From Podarcis muralis (lineage: Eukaryota), in assembly GCF_964188315.1 (NCBI RefSeq), contig NC_135659.1, positions 43,028,001 through 43,092,000 of the forward strand: DNA of 64,000 nucleotides, in the 5' to 3' direction. Shown in pieces: positions 53,006-63,350 of the stretch. The stretch's first letter is position 1. Each line of letters begins with the position of its first letter. A model generated the notes under the pieces. It was given only the letters and a program-made list of their open reading frames with translations, made no database searches and was not told where the DNA came from. The translations under genes and the position numbers were made by a program.

Positions 53006-56000
53006 TTTAATAGGGCCACAGTTGCTGCATATGCACATCCCAGTAAACCATGGTTAATGGCTTGCTGTGAGTGTGCCTATTGCTTTTGCTTCATTCTTTC
53101 TCTCTAGCAAGTGGGAGCAGCAGACCATAGCCCTCTGCTTACTATTATACTTGAACCAAGGGTCATGGTTTGTTGTTGTGCTCCTCACTTTGATGACCAA
53201 CAGTGGTCCCTTGTTTGCAAATGCAGCCATGCTGCAACTTAACTTAAGCACCCCCTGGTTTGTGACTACAATGCATGTCATACCTTCATCATCTTAAATA
53301 CCGTGCCTTCTTTCTGCAAATCTACTGATTGAACTATATAGCATGAGAAGAAGAAATACAGAATTTCCTAGAGATGACCTAAAGTATTTCTCTCCCCCCC
53401 CCACACCATATATGAGAGGGGGAAATCCCAGCTGTTTTCAAGCCTGTGGTATCGGAGCCTTCCAGGATTAAAAGCAAGTGCTGACTCTTATTGAAAAGCT
53501 GTGTGATCCATTCTTCCTGCAAGGCTGACTGTTTTCAAAGCACTGACACATTTATGTAGAGAAAAGCCATTCCTGGCTTACCTTGAGCTGTGCAGCAGGA
53601 AGTGGAAAGGGGTTTTAAATTGGGCATGGGAAGGGAGGAACATTGGCTTTCAGGGTGGTTGGGGAGATATTTTAAAATGTAAGGTTAGGTTTCAGAGATT
53701 TAGGATGAGAAGGAAGTGAGATGGGAAATTTAACACATGGATAGTCAAAAGGTAGAAAATGCAGAGAACCAATAATTTTAAATGCTCTTTTTGGGATGAC
53801 TTTAGGTTGCTGTCAGACCCGTGAGTAAAAAGTCCCCCGGTTAAGCAGCTGACATTAATGGCGTTAGGGAGGGGTTCCTATGAAGACATTCATTGAATGC
53901 TCATTGTGTTAATTTCAAATTTGTCCAAATAGTATATATCACATAGTTTCACTGCAACTTTCAAGGAAACATCTGTGTGTTGGGGTGCATGACCATTTCC
54001 TCTTTAGAGTTGATAATGCAAAATGTGCCATTTGAAAAGAAATTAATTGAAAATCCAGAGGAATGCATGCATAACTGTCTGTGTGCTACACGTGTGTGCA
54101 CGAGAGAGATAGACAGAGGGAATAGCAGAGATATATTTCAGTTTTGTATCTCTCAGTGGTAAGATGAAGATTTTCCAAACTGTGGATTATAGCTACTTAA
54201 ATTATGATGAGTGGAATGTTGAAAGCAGCTATAGTTGATACTGAAGTCTAGGAAATACTCTGTTGTGAGCTTAAAAACACAAACAAAGCATATTTTTATT
54301 TACTGTTCTCTTTCATTTGATGCCACTTTGTGAATTCCATTCTAAACTAAGTGTTCAGTGTTTGGGGAAAGATTTTCAAAAGCAAAAAGTGGCATTTACA
54401 TCTCATTGAATATTGCTATGTCGCGCTTTGTCGTTGCCTGGGAAAAGCTGTCCCTTGGGTTTCATTCACATGCCGGCCTTTTAAAAGGTAATTGTACTTC
54501 CTGGCTACCAAATCCCTAAGTAGTTGCGGTGACTCCCCCCCCCCCCACATCCATAATTAATGCAATAGTGGCATCTGCATTGGGGGGTCATAAGAATATG
54601 TCACAGAACACAATATACTGATTCTGTGGGGCTGCTGCCACAAGATACTAGACAGTTGAACTTTCCATAGGCATGATTTACATGGTAGGACTTGCATCTG
54701 TCATTTTAGAAGTTCTCTCAAATGCCACAGCTCTTTCTGCTAAGAAGCTCAGATTGTGTATGCATGTGATTGGGGACTTACCAGTGGGAAAGAAATCGTT
54801 GCCTGGTCCTTAACAAAAATGCTGTTCTACCTGGTATTTGCTAACTCTTGTCTCAGGATAGTTCTAGGCATTTCAGGCAAATTGCATTGCTGTGTCCCTT
54901 TGCATGCCCATCCAGATTAAAGGTCATGAAGGCGCTGTGCTGAAGCATATTAGGGTTTTGTTACAGAGGCAGGGATAAAGACACACACAGCCTCAGCCCA
55001 GACATATCTTTCCTCTTAAATCTTCTGCAACACAAGCAATACTGTGTGCTTGGTCAAGCAGTATGGCCTGATCATGTTTCCAAGTTACATGTTGATTATT
55101 ATTATTATATTATATTATATTATATTATATTATATTATATTATATTATATTATATTATATTATATTATATTATATTATTTTTATTATTTATACCCCACCC
55201 ATCTGGCTGGGCTTTCCCAGCCACTCTGGGTGGCTTCCAAAAAATATTAAAATACATCAAACATTAAAAGCTTCCCTAAACAGGGCTGCCTTCAGATGTC
55301 TTCTAAAAGTCTGGTAGTTGTTGTTCTCTTTGACATCTCTTTGACATAAAATCATTTTGCCACTGGAAACACAGCTGAGGCCTCTCTATCTTGTGACCAG
55401 GGACCACTTGCTCTGCTTTGAATTGTGACTCTCTTTTTTCTGGCATGCCTCTTTGAACATGCCAGTACAGGCAGAAATTCAACCAGAGCAGCTTTTCCTA
55501 GCAGGCCTTTTGTCTGGCTGCTTTCATGCAAGGGCTCCCAGCAACAGCAGGCCCAGGTGGGCAATCCGGTATTCCAAACCTCTCCCATAGGTATGCCCCA
55601 AACATGACAAAATCCTCCTCAGCATCTTATCTGCTGGCATTTTGCGTAATGGTTAGAGCATACAGGCAGGGATTGTTCCAAAGCAGTGGTCATTCCATCT
55701 TAGGGTAGCAAGGATAACTTTCTGGAGCGCCCACCCACTTGCTAAAGGCCATCGCTGCTGAGGCCTACGTATCCCCCTTGGATATGGAGATATGAGCTCA
55801 GGTGGCTGCCCTGTAGATTTTTTCCAGGGGGGTGTTCTTGTGGATTGCAGCTGTGGTTGCCACTCCCCCCCCCCCAACTGAGTGGGCAGGGATCTGCAAG
55901 TGTGAGGTCTTAGCTTTGGCTCTGAGGCCCTGACCACACAGACGTTGGGCAGGACTATGTTTTGATCTCTGTGGAAACTGGTGTTATCCTTGAGTAGGAC

Positions 56001-59000
56001 ATTGGGGTCTGGTTCCAGGAGCACTTGGTTGGGATGAAAGGTTCATAGCTCCTCCTTGGCTGAATTGATACGTGCCCTAAAACGACTCTCAGTTTAGCAT
56101 TATGTGCAAACTAGGGATTTTAGATTTAAATAGCTATCAGTTAAGGCAGCTTCACACCCCCTGGTTTGAAGATGACTTGTTTAGAAACAGGCCTGAATAC
56201 GCTGCAAGTCAGTGTCTGATTTCTTGGTAGGAAACGTGTGAATAATTTTGGACAACATGGAAGAATAAAAGAAATGCAGATTAGAGGAGAGATTTTCCTC
56301 AAGACCACAAAAGGGGAGGGAAGTGTTAAATACCCCCTCTGTATTGGTGTGATCCCTAAAATAACCCCCCCCCCCAAATGCTATCTGCCTATTTAAAAAC
56401 CTGCATGTTAAACTCAAAGGCACTTCTTTATTTAGGGGCCAGTGGTGTAAATAGACTGTTCCTGTTTGACAGGAGTAGGACATAAAGGTAATCTTAAAAC
56501 AAAACAACACAGTATAATTGTCCAATGTTCTGAAGCATAAGTATTGGCTATAAAGTATGCTCCAGGTTTTAGATAATTTATGGAGAAGCCGCTTGCTCTG
56601 TACAAACATCACTCATTCTCAGTCCAGATTTCACGTTGCTTGTGACACAGACAAACTCAAAGGTAAATATTTTACTAGCTGGTATAATTGAATTGGCCTT
56701 GAAACTGCACGGGGCTAGAAAACCTAACATTTTCAGAACTGGAAGAAAAAACACCCCTTTCTTGGATTATACGATGTGTACCTGCTGTACAGTAACGAAC
56801 AGGCTGTCAACTAAAGATTGCATTTGTGAGAATATGTATTTTATCAGGAAACCTGTTAGAAGAGAAAGTGGCCACTTTTATTTCTACTTCTAAAGCATTC
56901 TTGTTCTAAATTACCTGGCAAACCCTCTCAAAGCTTCAGAATTTTAAAGCAGCTTGCCTTTCCATAGTATTTTCTTGCTTTCGTTTTAAAAAATCTGATA
57001 AAGTAGATTACTCTGAGGACAGAGTTCACACTTTCCCCATGAGTTCTGTGGGGGTTTCCTTCCCTCAAGTGCTTTCTTGCTATGAATGAGACATGATAGA
57101 GCAAACGCCCAGATGATCTTCCGTGGTGCATTCTAAGTATATTGCCGTGCACAAGTCATTTGGCTGTGTTTTCTAAATAATATCTAGCCTTTGCCTCAGG
57201 GGGAAAGATGCGGATATTTTACATGAGTGAGAAAGAGAAGTTCACCACCACATAATAGGAACAAGCTACATAAAGAAACTTCTGCCATGAGCTCCCGTGG
57301 CTAAAGAATTAAACTGAAAAATATTGACTTATAGGTCACTACTTATTCTTTAGTATACTTAAACATACAATAAATTAATGTGTTTTCGCGTTATCTAAAG
57401 CACATTTCCCCCCAGGGTATGGCCTTAGGCTACACTTAGTGAGTAACCCCCCATTGAACTAAATAGAACCAAGTAAACATGCATGGGATTGAATTGCTAT
57501 TGTTATTTCTGCCATATATTCATATGAGGGGATCTCTGCTGTTGCGGCACACCTTAGGTCACGCTGCCACCTATTAGCAGGTCCTGACCCCACCAGTTGC
57601 AAAGCAGCGGCATATGTTGCCAGTAATGCCAGTGCACTGCTGGCCTTAAACAAAACATCAGTAGCCAAGGAAGGGCACTCCCTTAATGAGACTTAACTTT
57701 TCCCATAGCGGTTGGAAATTGCTGCAAATATCACTCTGTCTGGAGTGTGGCTGCAGGAGGGGCCGTGCTGAGCTCAGCCCGCCCTCAGCCGTGCCTGTAG
57801 TCTTCATCTTGTATTTAATGGAGTATGAATCAGTGTGGCGGGTGTTTAATCAGCCACCTTTCGCCCCCTCTAACTGCTTGATGTGGAATAAGAAAGCAAA
57901 AGGGGGGGGGAATCCACCTCCACGGGGTACGAATGTTTTCTCTGAACCATCTTGTGGCTCTTGATGGTTTTCCTTCTACATGCACCAGTGTTTTAGATAA
58001 GTTAAAGCAGAGAAAGGGGAGATAGACACTATATAGTTAAAAGAGAGAGGAGGGGGGGAAGTGTAGAGATTTAAAAATGCTAAATTAGTTTAAAAGCGGA
58101 TTACATTGCCCTTTTCAAGATACAACCTAAATCTTTAGATTTCTACTTGGCTTGAATAATGCTGTTTGACATTAATGCAGTCTTGCAGTGGCTTCTGTTC
58201 AGCAAGAAGAACAAGAGGAAACTCTGCCATTGCGAATATCTGTTAAGGAATTGATTGGTTGCTGAAGTGGAAACGGCTTGATATACATCTTGTGAATTTC
58301 TATGGGCGATATTCGGAGGGCCATCTGGAAAACAAAGTTACATTTTTTAGAAGAAAAACGTACTCGCAGCAGGGGAGGGAGGAGATGGGAGCATAATAAA
58401 AATAAATAAACGATGTCAGAGGGGTATGTGAGACCCTCAACTCAGAGTGGCTTTGGTGATGAGTCAACTATTCTTTTTCCACTGTTGGATTGTGCAAATA
58501 AATAAATTAAAAAAGTTGTTTGGCTGGAACTTGTTTCCAAAAGCTGGTATTTGTTTCTAGGCTAGTTTCAGAAAATAGCATTTTTTGAAGAAGCATTTTT
58601 TTGTAAGGAGAAACATGGCTTCAATAGCCAGCTCTGCGAGAGAAGCTTTTTATTTCTCTGTGTCTAGTGGAAGTCACACAGACACAAAATGATTCTAAAA
58701 TTTAAACTTAAAATAAAAATAAAAATTGCTTCCTCGTGCCAGCCAGAATTGTCTGTGTACAGTCAATAACACGGGATACAGCCGCTTCAGGTTGTGTTTT
58801 TTCAGGTTACGGACCGCCGAAACCCGGAAGTACCAGAACAGGTTACTTCCGGGTTTCGGCAGTCGTGCATGCGCAGAAGCGCTAAATTGCGCTCTGCGCA
58901 GAAGCGCCGAATTACAACCCACGTATGTGCAGACGCGTGTTGTGAACATGCATCCCGCATGGATCACGTTCGCAACCCAAGCGTCCACTGTACTTAACTA

Positions 59001-61468
59001 TGGCAACAGGAGGTGGTCTATTTGTGTTCCACTGATGTGTACTACACGAGGGGTAGGCTGTGGCATTGAGAGCATGATTGGTTTGTGTAAACAGGCGATG
59101 TCTAAACTACACTGAGGGTTTCTGCAAAATGCCAGCAGAAGCTACCTAAGGGCCAGCTTGACCATGAACCTGTTACGAAGGTGGGGCGAGTGGGTCTTCA
59201 TCGCATTTGCTTGATAAAGGCGCTCCACTTTTGCAACTCCCACTGCTCTGTAATATGGCTGGCACCTACCCTTTTCTGCAGTGGCTCCCCGCTTGTGGAA
59301 TGCTCTCCCCAGGGAGGCTCACCTGGCCCCTTCATTACATACCGTATTTTTTGCTCTATAAGACTCACTTTTTCCCTCCTAAAAAGTAAGGGGAAATGTG
59401 TGTGCGTCTTATGGAGCGAATGCAGGCTGCACAGCTATCACAGAAGCCAGAACAGCAAGAGGGGTTGCTGCTTTCACTGTGCAGTGATCCCTCTTGCTGT
59501 TCTGGCTTCTGAGATTCAGAATATTTTTTTTCTTGTTTTCCTCCTCCAAAAACTAGGTGCGTCTTGTGGTCTGGTGCGTCTTATAGAGCAAAAAATACGG
59601 TATATTACATATATTGAGGTGATAGGCAAAAACATTCCAATCTATTGCCTTTTAAACTGTGTGTATGGTTTTTTTTTATTGTTTTGGTTTGTTGCTATGT
59701 TAAGTATTTTGTGTTTTTATATTGTAAACCGCCCTGTGATCCTCAGATGAAGGGCAGTAAGAAATTTAACAAATAATATTTTTTAAAATAAATAAAAATA
59801 GCCACCACCTAAAGACTTGGTTATTTGTCCTGGCTTTCAGTAATATCTGGCGCCGATATGAATGATTTTTGGTTGACTGGTTGTGACTTACCTGCCTGGC
59901 TTTTAATAACTGTGTTGTGAATTTGAAACACTTTTAGTAAGTAACCCTTCTGAAGTCGCTGTGCAGTGAAGTTGGGTAGGAAATGTTTTGAATGGGTTTA
60001 TATTTTTTTTAAAGCTTGATTGCACAGCATGTATTTAAGCCACTTTTGCAGCACCATAGCTGAATCAACTTTGAGTAATGTTGCAGTGATGCAAATACGG
60101 TTTGATGCTTGAGCAGATGATGAAACATTCAGATCCGTGATCTTATTTTTAACTCTGCACAGATACACTGTGCCAACAGCATGCCAGTCTGGACAATTCC
60201 AGTTTGCCCATCATGTGAGTGCCATTTAGAACAATATGGGATATCGTGATAAGAATTTCATGACCAGTTTGACTTTTAAGGAACCAACTTATTGGAAGCA
60301 TTTCTCTCTTTTTTTACTCTTAAAACATTCAGCATGCTTTCATGCGTAGCCAAAAAAGGAATTGCTTGAACTCAGCTGGAGGACAAGGAGAGGACAGAGG
60401 GTGAAGAAAGAGCTGTGAGTGGAGGGTGGGCTTTTCCCATCCTTCCAACCCCATGGAAACCTCAACAAACCTGCTGTGGTCCATGCCCCTCAGGGGTTCC
60501 ATGGATGGGGTGGGAGGACTGGGCACAAACAATGATTTCCCCAATGCAATAAAATAAATGCATGCGTGCGTGGATGCATTTTCCTGGGAAGGGGTTCCAT
60601 CAGCTTTCATCAGATTCTCAAAGGGGGTCTGTGACCGCCTCCAAAAAATGTTTAAAACCACCGCTATAGAGTCGTCTCCTATATATGTATGCCTATATTT
60701 TTATATTTTAATTAGCTGATTATAAATTATTAAAGCTATTCAAATAAAGTTTTGTAATTTAACACTGGCATCGAACCAGTATTCTTCTGGGTCAGAGAAG
60801 TATCTTTTGGTCCATGATGTGATTACATATTAATGACATTGTTTCCCTCGGAGGCCTCTGTTTCAGTGGACACAGTGGATTGGATCCAGAGAAAATGGTG
60901 CAGTAGGGAGCCAAAGAAAGCTGACTTCCCTGCCCCTGCTTCCTCCCCACCCTGCCATCCCTAGCTCCACACAAAGCCTCCCCTAAGGGTTGGGAGTCCT
61001 GCTGAATTGGAAGGTAGCCTGGGCAGGAAGGGAGGCAGTCTTCAAAATTAGACTGAGGCAGTATGTTTAAGCATCCAGTATTAAACTTTATGCAGCCAAA
61101 AGGATCCAGTGAACTCCCAAGTGCACAAACCCTGACCACTCGTTAAATTGCTCTATATTTCATTGGTCTTTGCATTGTAGCAATCCTGGGAAGAAGCTGG
61201 TCATTTCCATTTTTAAAAACTGGAGTTCGTACTCCCACGTGGTAACTTCCTTTCTTTCGTCTTTTTGTTGTTGCCGCTGCAGGTAATTAAAATCAGGGAG
61301 CACTGCAATTGCCCAGCTTTGCCTGGACAGGATCCACGCTTTGCTTTCAAACTGGCCAAGCAACAAATTCTGCAATCGTCTAAAAATGAGGGAGGCCCAA
61401 ACCTCACTCACGATGCTCTTTACAGAACAAAGGAGAAGACACACGTGGACATAGTAGCTGGGAAATAA
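32432..61468 (+). CDS. OMA1: OMA1 mitochondrial inner-membrane zinc metallopeptidase (M48): join(32432..32904,37487..37715,38764..38937,39603..39710,40266..40394,44242..44316,47137..47286,61283..61468), 507 aa
   Basis: Eight GT-AG exons total 1524 nt in frame; basic/Ser-rich presequence ending [18 protein letters not shown] zinc motif, [11 protein letters not shown] third-ligand motif, [12 protein letters not shown]-terminal HCNCP; matches recalled human OMA1. Confidence 0.96.
33064..33293 (+). mobile_element. Family A MITE copy 2
   Basis: TA|CAGTGGTACCTC...GAGGTACCACTG|TA. Confidence 0.88.
34593..34804 (+). mobile_element. Family A MITE copy 3 (small internal deletion)
   Basis: TA|CAGTGGTACCTC...GAGGTACCACTG|TA; lacks the tccgttcttaacctgaaactg segment. 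Confidence 0.88.
35571..35812 (-). mobile_element. Family A MITE copy 4, inverted and more diverged
   Basis: Reverse complement aligns with copies 1-3 (ccccattagc, cctcaggttaagaa, gaacggacctc, aattaagt), flanked by TA. Confidence 0.75.
36380..36861. mobile_element. Solo LTR (Gypsy-like) in the OMA1 intron
   Basis: TGTCAG...CTGACA inverted termini, 482 bp, 5-bp TSD CCAGG/CCGGG (one CpG-type mismatch). Confidence 0.7.
37487..37715 (+). CDS. OMA1: OMA1 coding exon 2
   Basis: ttacag|[18 protein letters not shown]...[14 protein letters not shown]...EYAM, donor gtgggt. Confidence 0.95.
38764..38937 (+). CDS. OMA1: OMA1 coding exon 3
   Basis: ttccag|[20 protein letters not shown]...[17 protein letters not shown], donor gtaagt. 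Confidence 0.95.
39047..39195 (+). mobile_element. Degenerate tRNA-derived squamate SINE (Squam3-like)
   Basis: ggggtcgtagctcagaggcagagcatc head and ccagtcagtgcagacagtgctgggct body. Confidence 0.45.
39603..39710 (+). CDS. OMA1: OMA1 coding exon 4 (HEXXH)
   Basis: ctgcag|[39 protein letters not shown], donor gtatgt. Confidence 0.96.
40266..40394 (+). CDS. OMA1: OMA1 coding exon 5
   Basis: ttcaag|[46 protein letters not shown], donor gtaaga. Confidence 0.94.
41229..41285. repeat. (TTTC)n microsatellite
   Basis: Direct read. Confidence 0.9.
41961..42481 (+). mobile_element. Tc1/mariner (Tc2/pogo-like, CCGTATTT termini) MITE, family B copy 1
   Basis: Perfect 21-bp TIR CCGTATTTTTCGCCCTATAGG, TA TSD on both sides, GC-rich interior with internal direct repeats and a 62-nt palindrome. 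Confidence 0.88.
44242..44316 (+). CDS. OMA1: OMA1 coding exon 6
   Basis: ttctag|[28 protein letters not shown], donor gtaata. Confidence 0.95.
44429..44660 (+). mobile_element. Family A MITE copy 5
   Basis: TA|CAGTGGTACCTC...GAGGTGCCACTA|TA. Confidence 0.85.
46023..46157. other. Assembly gap (135 N)
   Basis: Direct read; lies in an OMA1 intron and no coding exon appears to be missing. Confidence 0.99.
47137..47286 (+). CDS. OMA1: OMA1 coding exon 7
   Basis: ttctag|[53 protein letters not shown], donor gtgagg. Confidence 0.95.
47801..48163 (+). mobile_element. Sauria SINE (Squam1), full length, copy 1
   Basis: A box TGGCGCTGTGG (47811), B box GGTTCGAATCC (47865), CpG-rich body, (ACCTTT)n tail, TSD TAATCTTAATG. 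Confidence 0.9.
48175..48529 (+). mobile_element. Sauria SINE, full length, copy 2 (tandem)
   Basis: Same structure, roughly 20 differences from copy 1, flanked by the same TSD. Confidence 0.9.
48770..49549 (+). mobile_element. Sauria SINE copy 3 (different subfamily), split: 48770-48911 and 49341-49549
   Basis: The 5' half ends GAAAGCACGTCA and the 3' half starts AAGTGCAAGTAGATAAATAGG; degenerate TSD TAATGTAGA/TAATGCAGA. Confidence 0.82.
51900..52230 (+). mobile_element. L2 LINE ORF2/3' fragment
   Basis: Degenerate ...[12 protein letters not shown]...[23 protein letters not shown] matches the L2 post-RT segment; tail appears to resume at ~52530-52600. Confidence 0.6.
52236..52529 (+). mobile_element. 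5'-truncated RTE-BovB LINE 3' end
   Basis: [29 protein letters not shown][25 protein letters not shown]...[16 protein letters not shown] followed by a (CAA)n tail. Confidence 0.9.
52967..53002. repeat. (GA)n microsatellite
   Basis: Direct read. Confidence 0.93.
55095..55185. repeat. (TATAT)n pentanucleotide microsatellite grown from the adjacent L2 tail
   Basis: Direct read; directly abuts the reverse-oriented L2 3' end. Confidence 0.88.
55186..55340 (-). mobile_element. L2 LINE 3' end (young squamate subfamily)
   Basis: tttataccccacccatctggctggg...acattaaaagcttccctaaacagggctgccttcagatgtcttctaaaagt. Confidence 0.7.
55650..56040 (+). mobile_element. Very degenerate non-LTR retrotransposon RT fragment
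   Basis: KAVVIP...KD...RP.TLL.AI...Y resembles the first RT motif (A.VIPI.K.G...YRPISLL); contains stops and frameshifts. Confidence 0.3.
58760..58990. mobile_element. Tigger-like MITE, family related to A
   Basis: TA|CAGTC...CCACTG|TA, ~231 bp, CpG-rich, internal 17-bp perfect inverted repeat. Confidence 0.65.
59342..59600 (-). mobile_element. Family B MITE copy 2 (shorter, inverted relative to copy 1)
   Basis: Perfect 23-bp TIR CCGTATTTTTTGCTCTATAAGAC, TA TSDs, subterminal sequence homologous to 42395-42481. Confidence 0.88.
61283..61468 (+). CDS. OMA1: OMA1 last coding exon
   Basis: ctgcag|[27 protein letters not shown]...VAGK*; matches the recalled human [24 protein letters not shown]. 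Confidence 0.92.
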   Translation, partial: VIKIREHCNCPALPGQDPRFAFKLAKQQILQSSKNEGGPNLTHDALYRTKEKTHVDIVAGK

Positions 61469-62197
61469 CTCTGCAGGTGAAAGCAGAAATGCTTCGTGGA
61501 TTAACGTTATCCAAATTCTCAAGGCAAGTACTGTGCTCTTCAGGAAACTGCTTCAGAAATTTGAAATGGCCAGACGGACAGACAGTGCTATTAATTTATG
61601 GCCACAATTTTTGACAGTGATGTGCCTCTGGAACCCGGCTCTTGAATGGATTTGCAGAAGAATGCTTCACATGCACAAAGAACACGAGGAACAGTTTCTG
61701 TGATGGAAGAGAACAGGAAACCTTTGTCTGCATGGGGTGTGGGGGGCGGTGTTCAGCAGTGCCCCAGATGGCACTCACATACATACTGCATGTATAACCA
61801 GGCTGTGATAGCAAATCCTCTTGTACACCAAAATGTTAGTCTGACTGTCAGAACTATGTTTTCCCCCAATCATGTTTTAATCTCCACCACCCCCATTTCC
61901 CAATGGATGTCTCAAAGGGATGTCTAGCTGAGTGTGGTGGGGAGGGCTGCATATTGGAAAAATGGAAGCATTGCTTCTGTCTAAATGTCTATCCAAGGGC
62001 AGTTCTTGCAATGCAGTTTTAAGCTGTATCCCCAGGCTCAAGTTGGATACAAATCTGTCCCTTTGTTGCAAATAATGAAATAGTATCCCTTACCTGTGTA
62101 AATCCTCTAGAATTTGTTGCAAGCTCAGTTAGTTTTGTCCGATGATATTTATAAAATATTGGTAAGAATTCGCTGCCTTTTGCAAGGATCAAGATGC

Positions 62198-62203
62198 AAT
62201 AAA
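62198..62203 (+). terminator. Candidate OMA1 polyadenylation signal
   Basis: First AATAAA noticed after the stop (~730 nt downstream). Confidence 0.4.
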
Positions 62204-63167
62204 CTGACCAGTGGTCTGGTTCGAATTATCACCCAATTGGTTGACCTGCTGTTGGGATTCCCTCTCTTTGTACTCTCTAAAAGACAGATTGAGTCAACAT
62301 TTCACTTTGAAGCAATCCCAAAGGACTGTGGAGTAACCTTACAATGTAAACATGTTTGTAAGGCACAAGACAAAATTTTATTGGATAAAATCTGACATAC
62401 AGCACTAAGGAGTACGGTAGATTATTTGTCGGTGTCATTTAAGTAAACAGAATACCACTTGGAAAGGTTAAATTAGTTACAGTAGACTTTGTCCTGGTCA
62501 GATCAGTGCATGAAAACCCAGTGATTGATGCTCAAGGAAACTCCCTGGAGTTGAATGATGTGCTGTGAGGTGCCTGCTAGTGATTTATAAAGCAGCAAGG
62601 CATGCCACTAAAGCCACATAGTCCAGACTCAGTGATTCCCCCCCCCCCCTTGTTTCCTTGGGTAAATGTTTTGAGGCATAACTTCACTGATGTCTCTTAC
62701 TGGACCATAATACTCCTTTGCTCCTTGTTGTCCTTGCAGATTTCCTCATTTTCACCACATGTTCCTGTTCTCCTGCATATGCCTGCATTAAAGTCTCAGC
62801 CATGGTTGCTAGACTGCATTTTGCTGCTATCCAACACTGAAATAGTTCTCTGAGTTCTATCCTTTCTATGGACTGCAGACTATTGGGAAATATACACCCC
62901 CCCCCATTTGCTTACTCTGGAAAACTGAAATTCCTCCACTTCATACTGTAGAACAAATATTAAATAAGAATTACTTGACACAGTACATCAGAGAAAGGCC
63001 CATGGCTTTCCAGCTTTGGTCAACAGCATGGTCCTTTAACATTTAAAAGTTATTTGTATGTTTTTATATGAAAACCTGGGGAAATGTGGGGTGATGGAAG
63101 CTCTATCCCCCCCCCCACCCGATGAAAATGTAAAAACATGAAACAATGCCACATACACAATATTTCC

Positions 63168-63350
63168 TCAAATAGGGGTCCCTGGTTCCATGTCCCCACT
63201 CATTGTAGAGCACCGCAGTGCCACAACTCTTATATTCACAAAATCTGCCAGTCCCATAGATGCCAGCTCAGATCCTAGTAGGATAGTGAAGAGGGCCAGA
63301 TGAGGCTTCAGATCGATCTCAACTTTTAAGGGAGGAAGACTATCTTCCAT
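63168..63350 (-). mobile_element. Possible degenerate L2 endonuclease fragment
   Basis: GLADFVNIRVVALRCSTMSGD loosely resembles L2 ELADVVS.VVL.TPRL.VLGDFN. Confidence 0.25.

Noticed and set aside
59181-59750. 189-aa ORF
   Set aside because: GTG start, runs through a non-autonomous MITE, no protein-like signature
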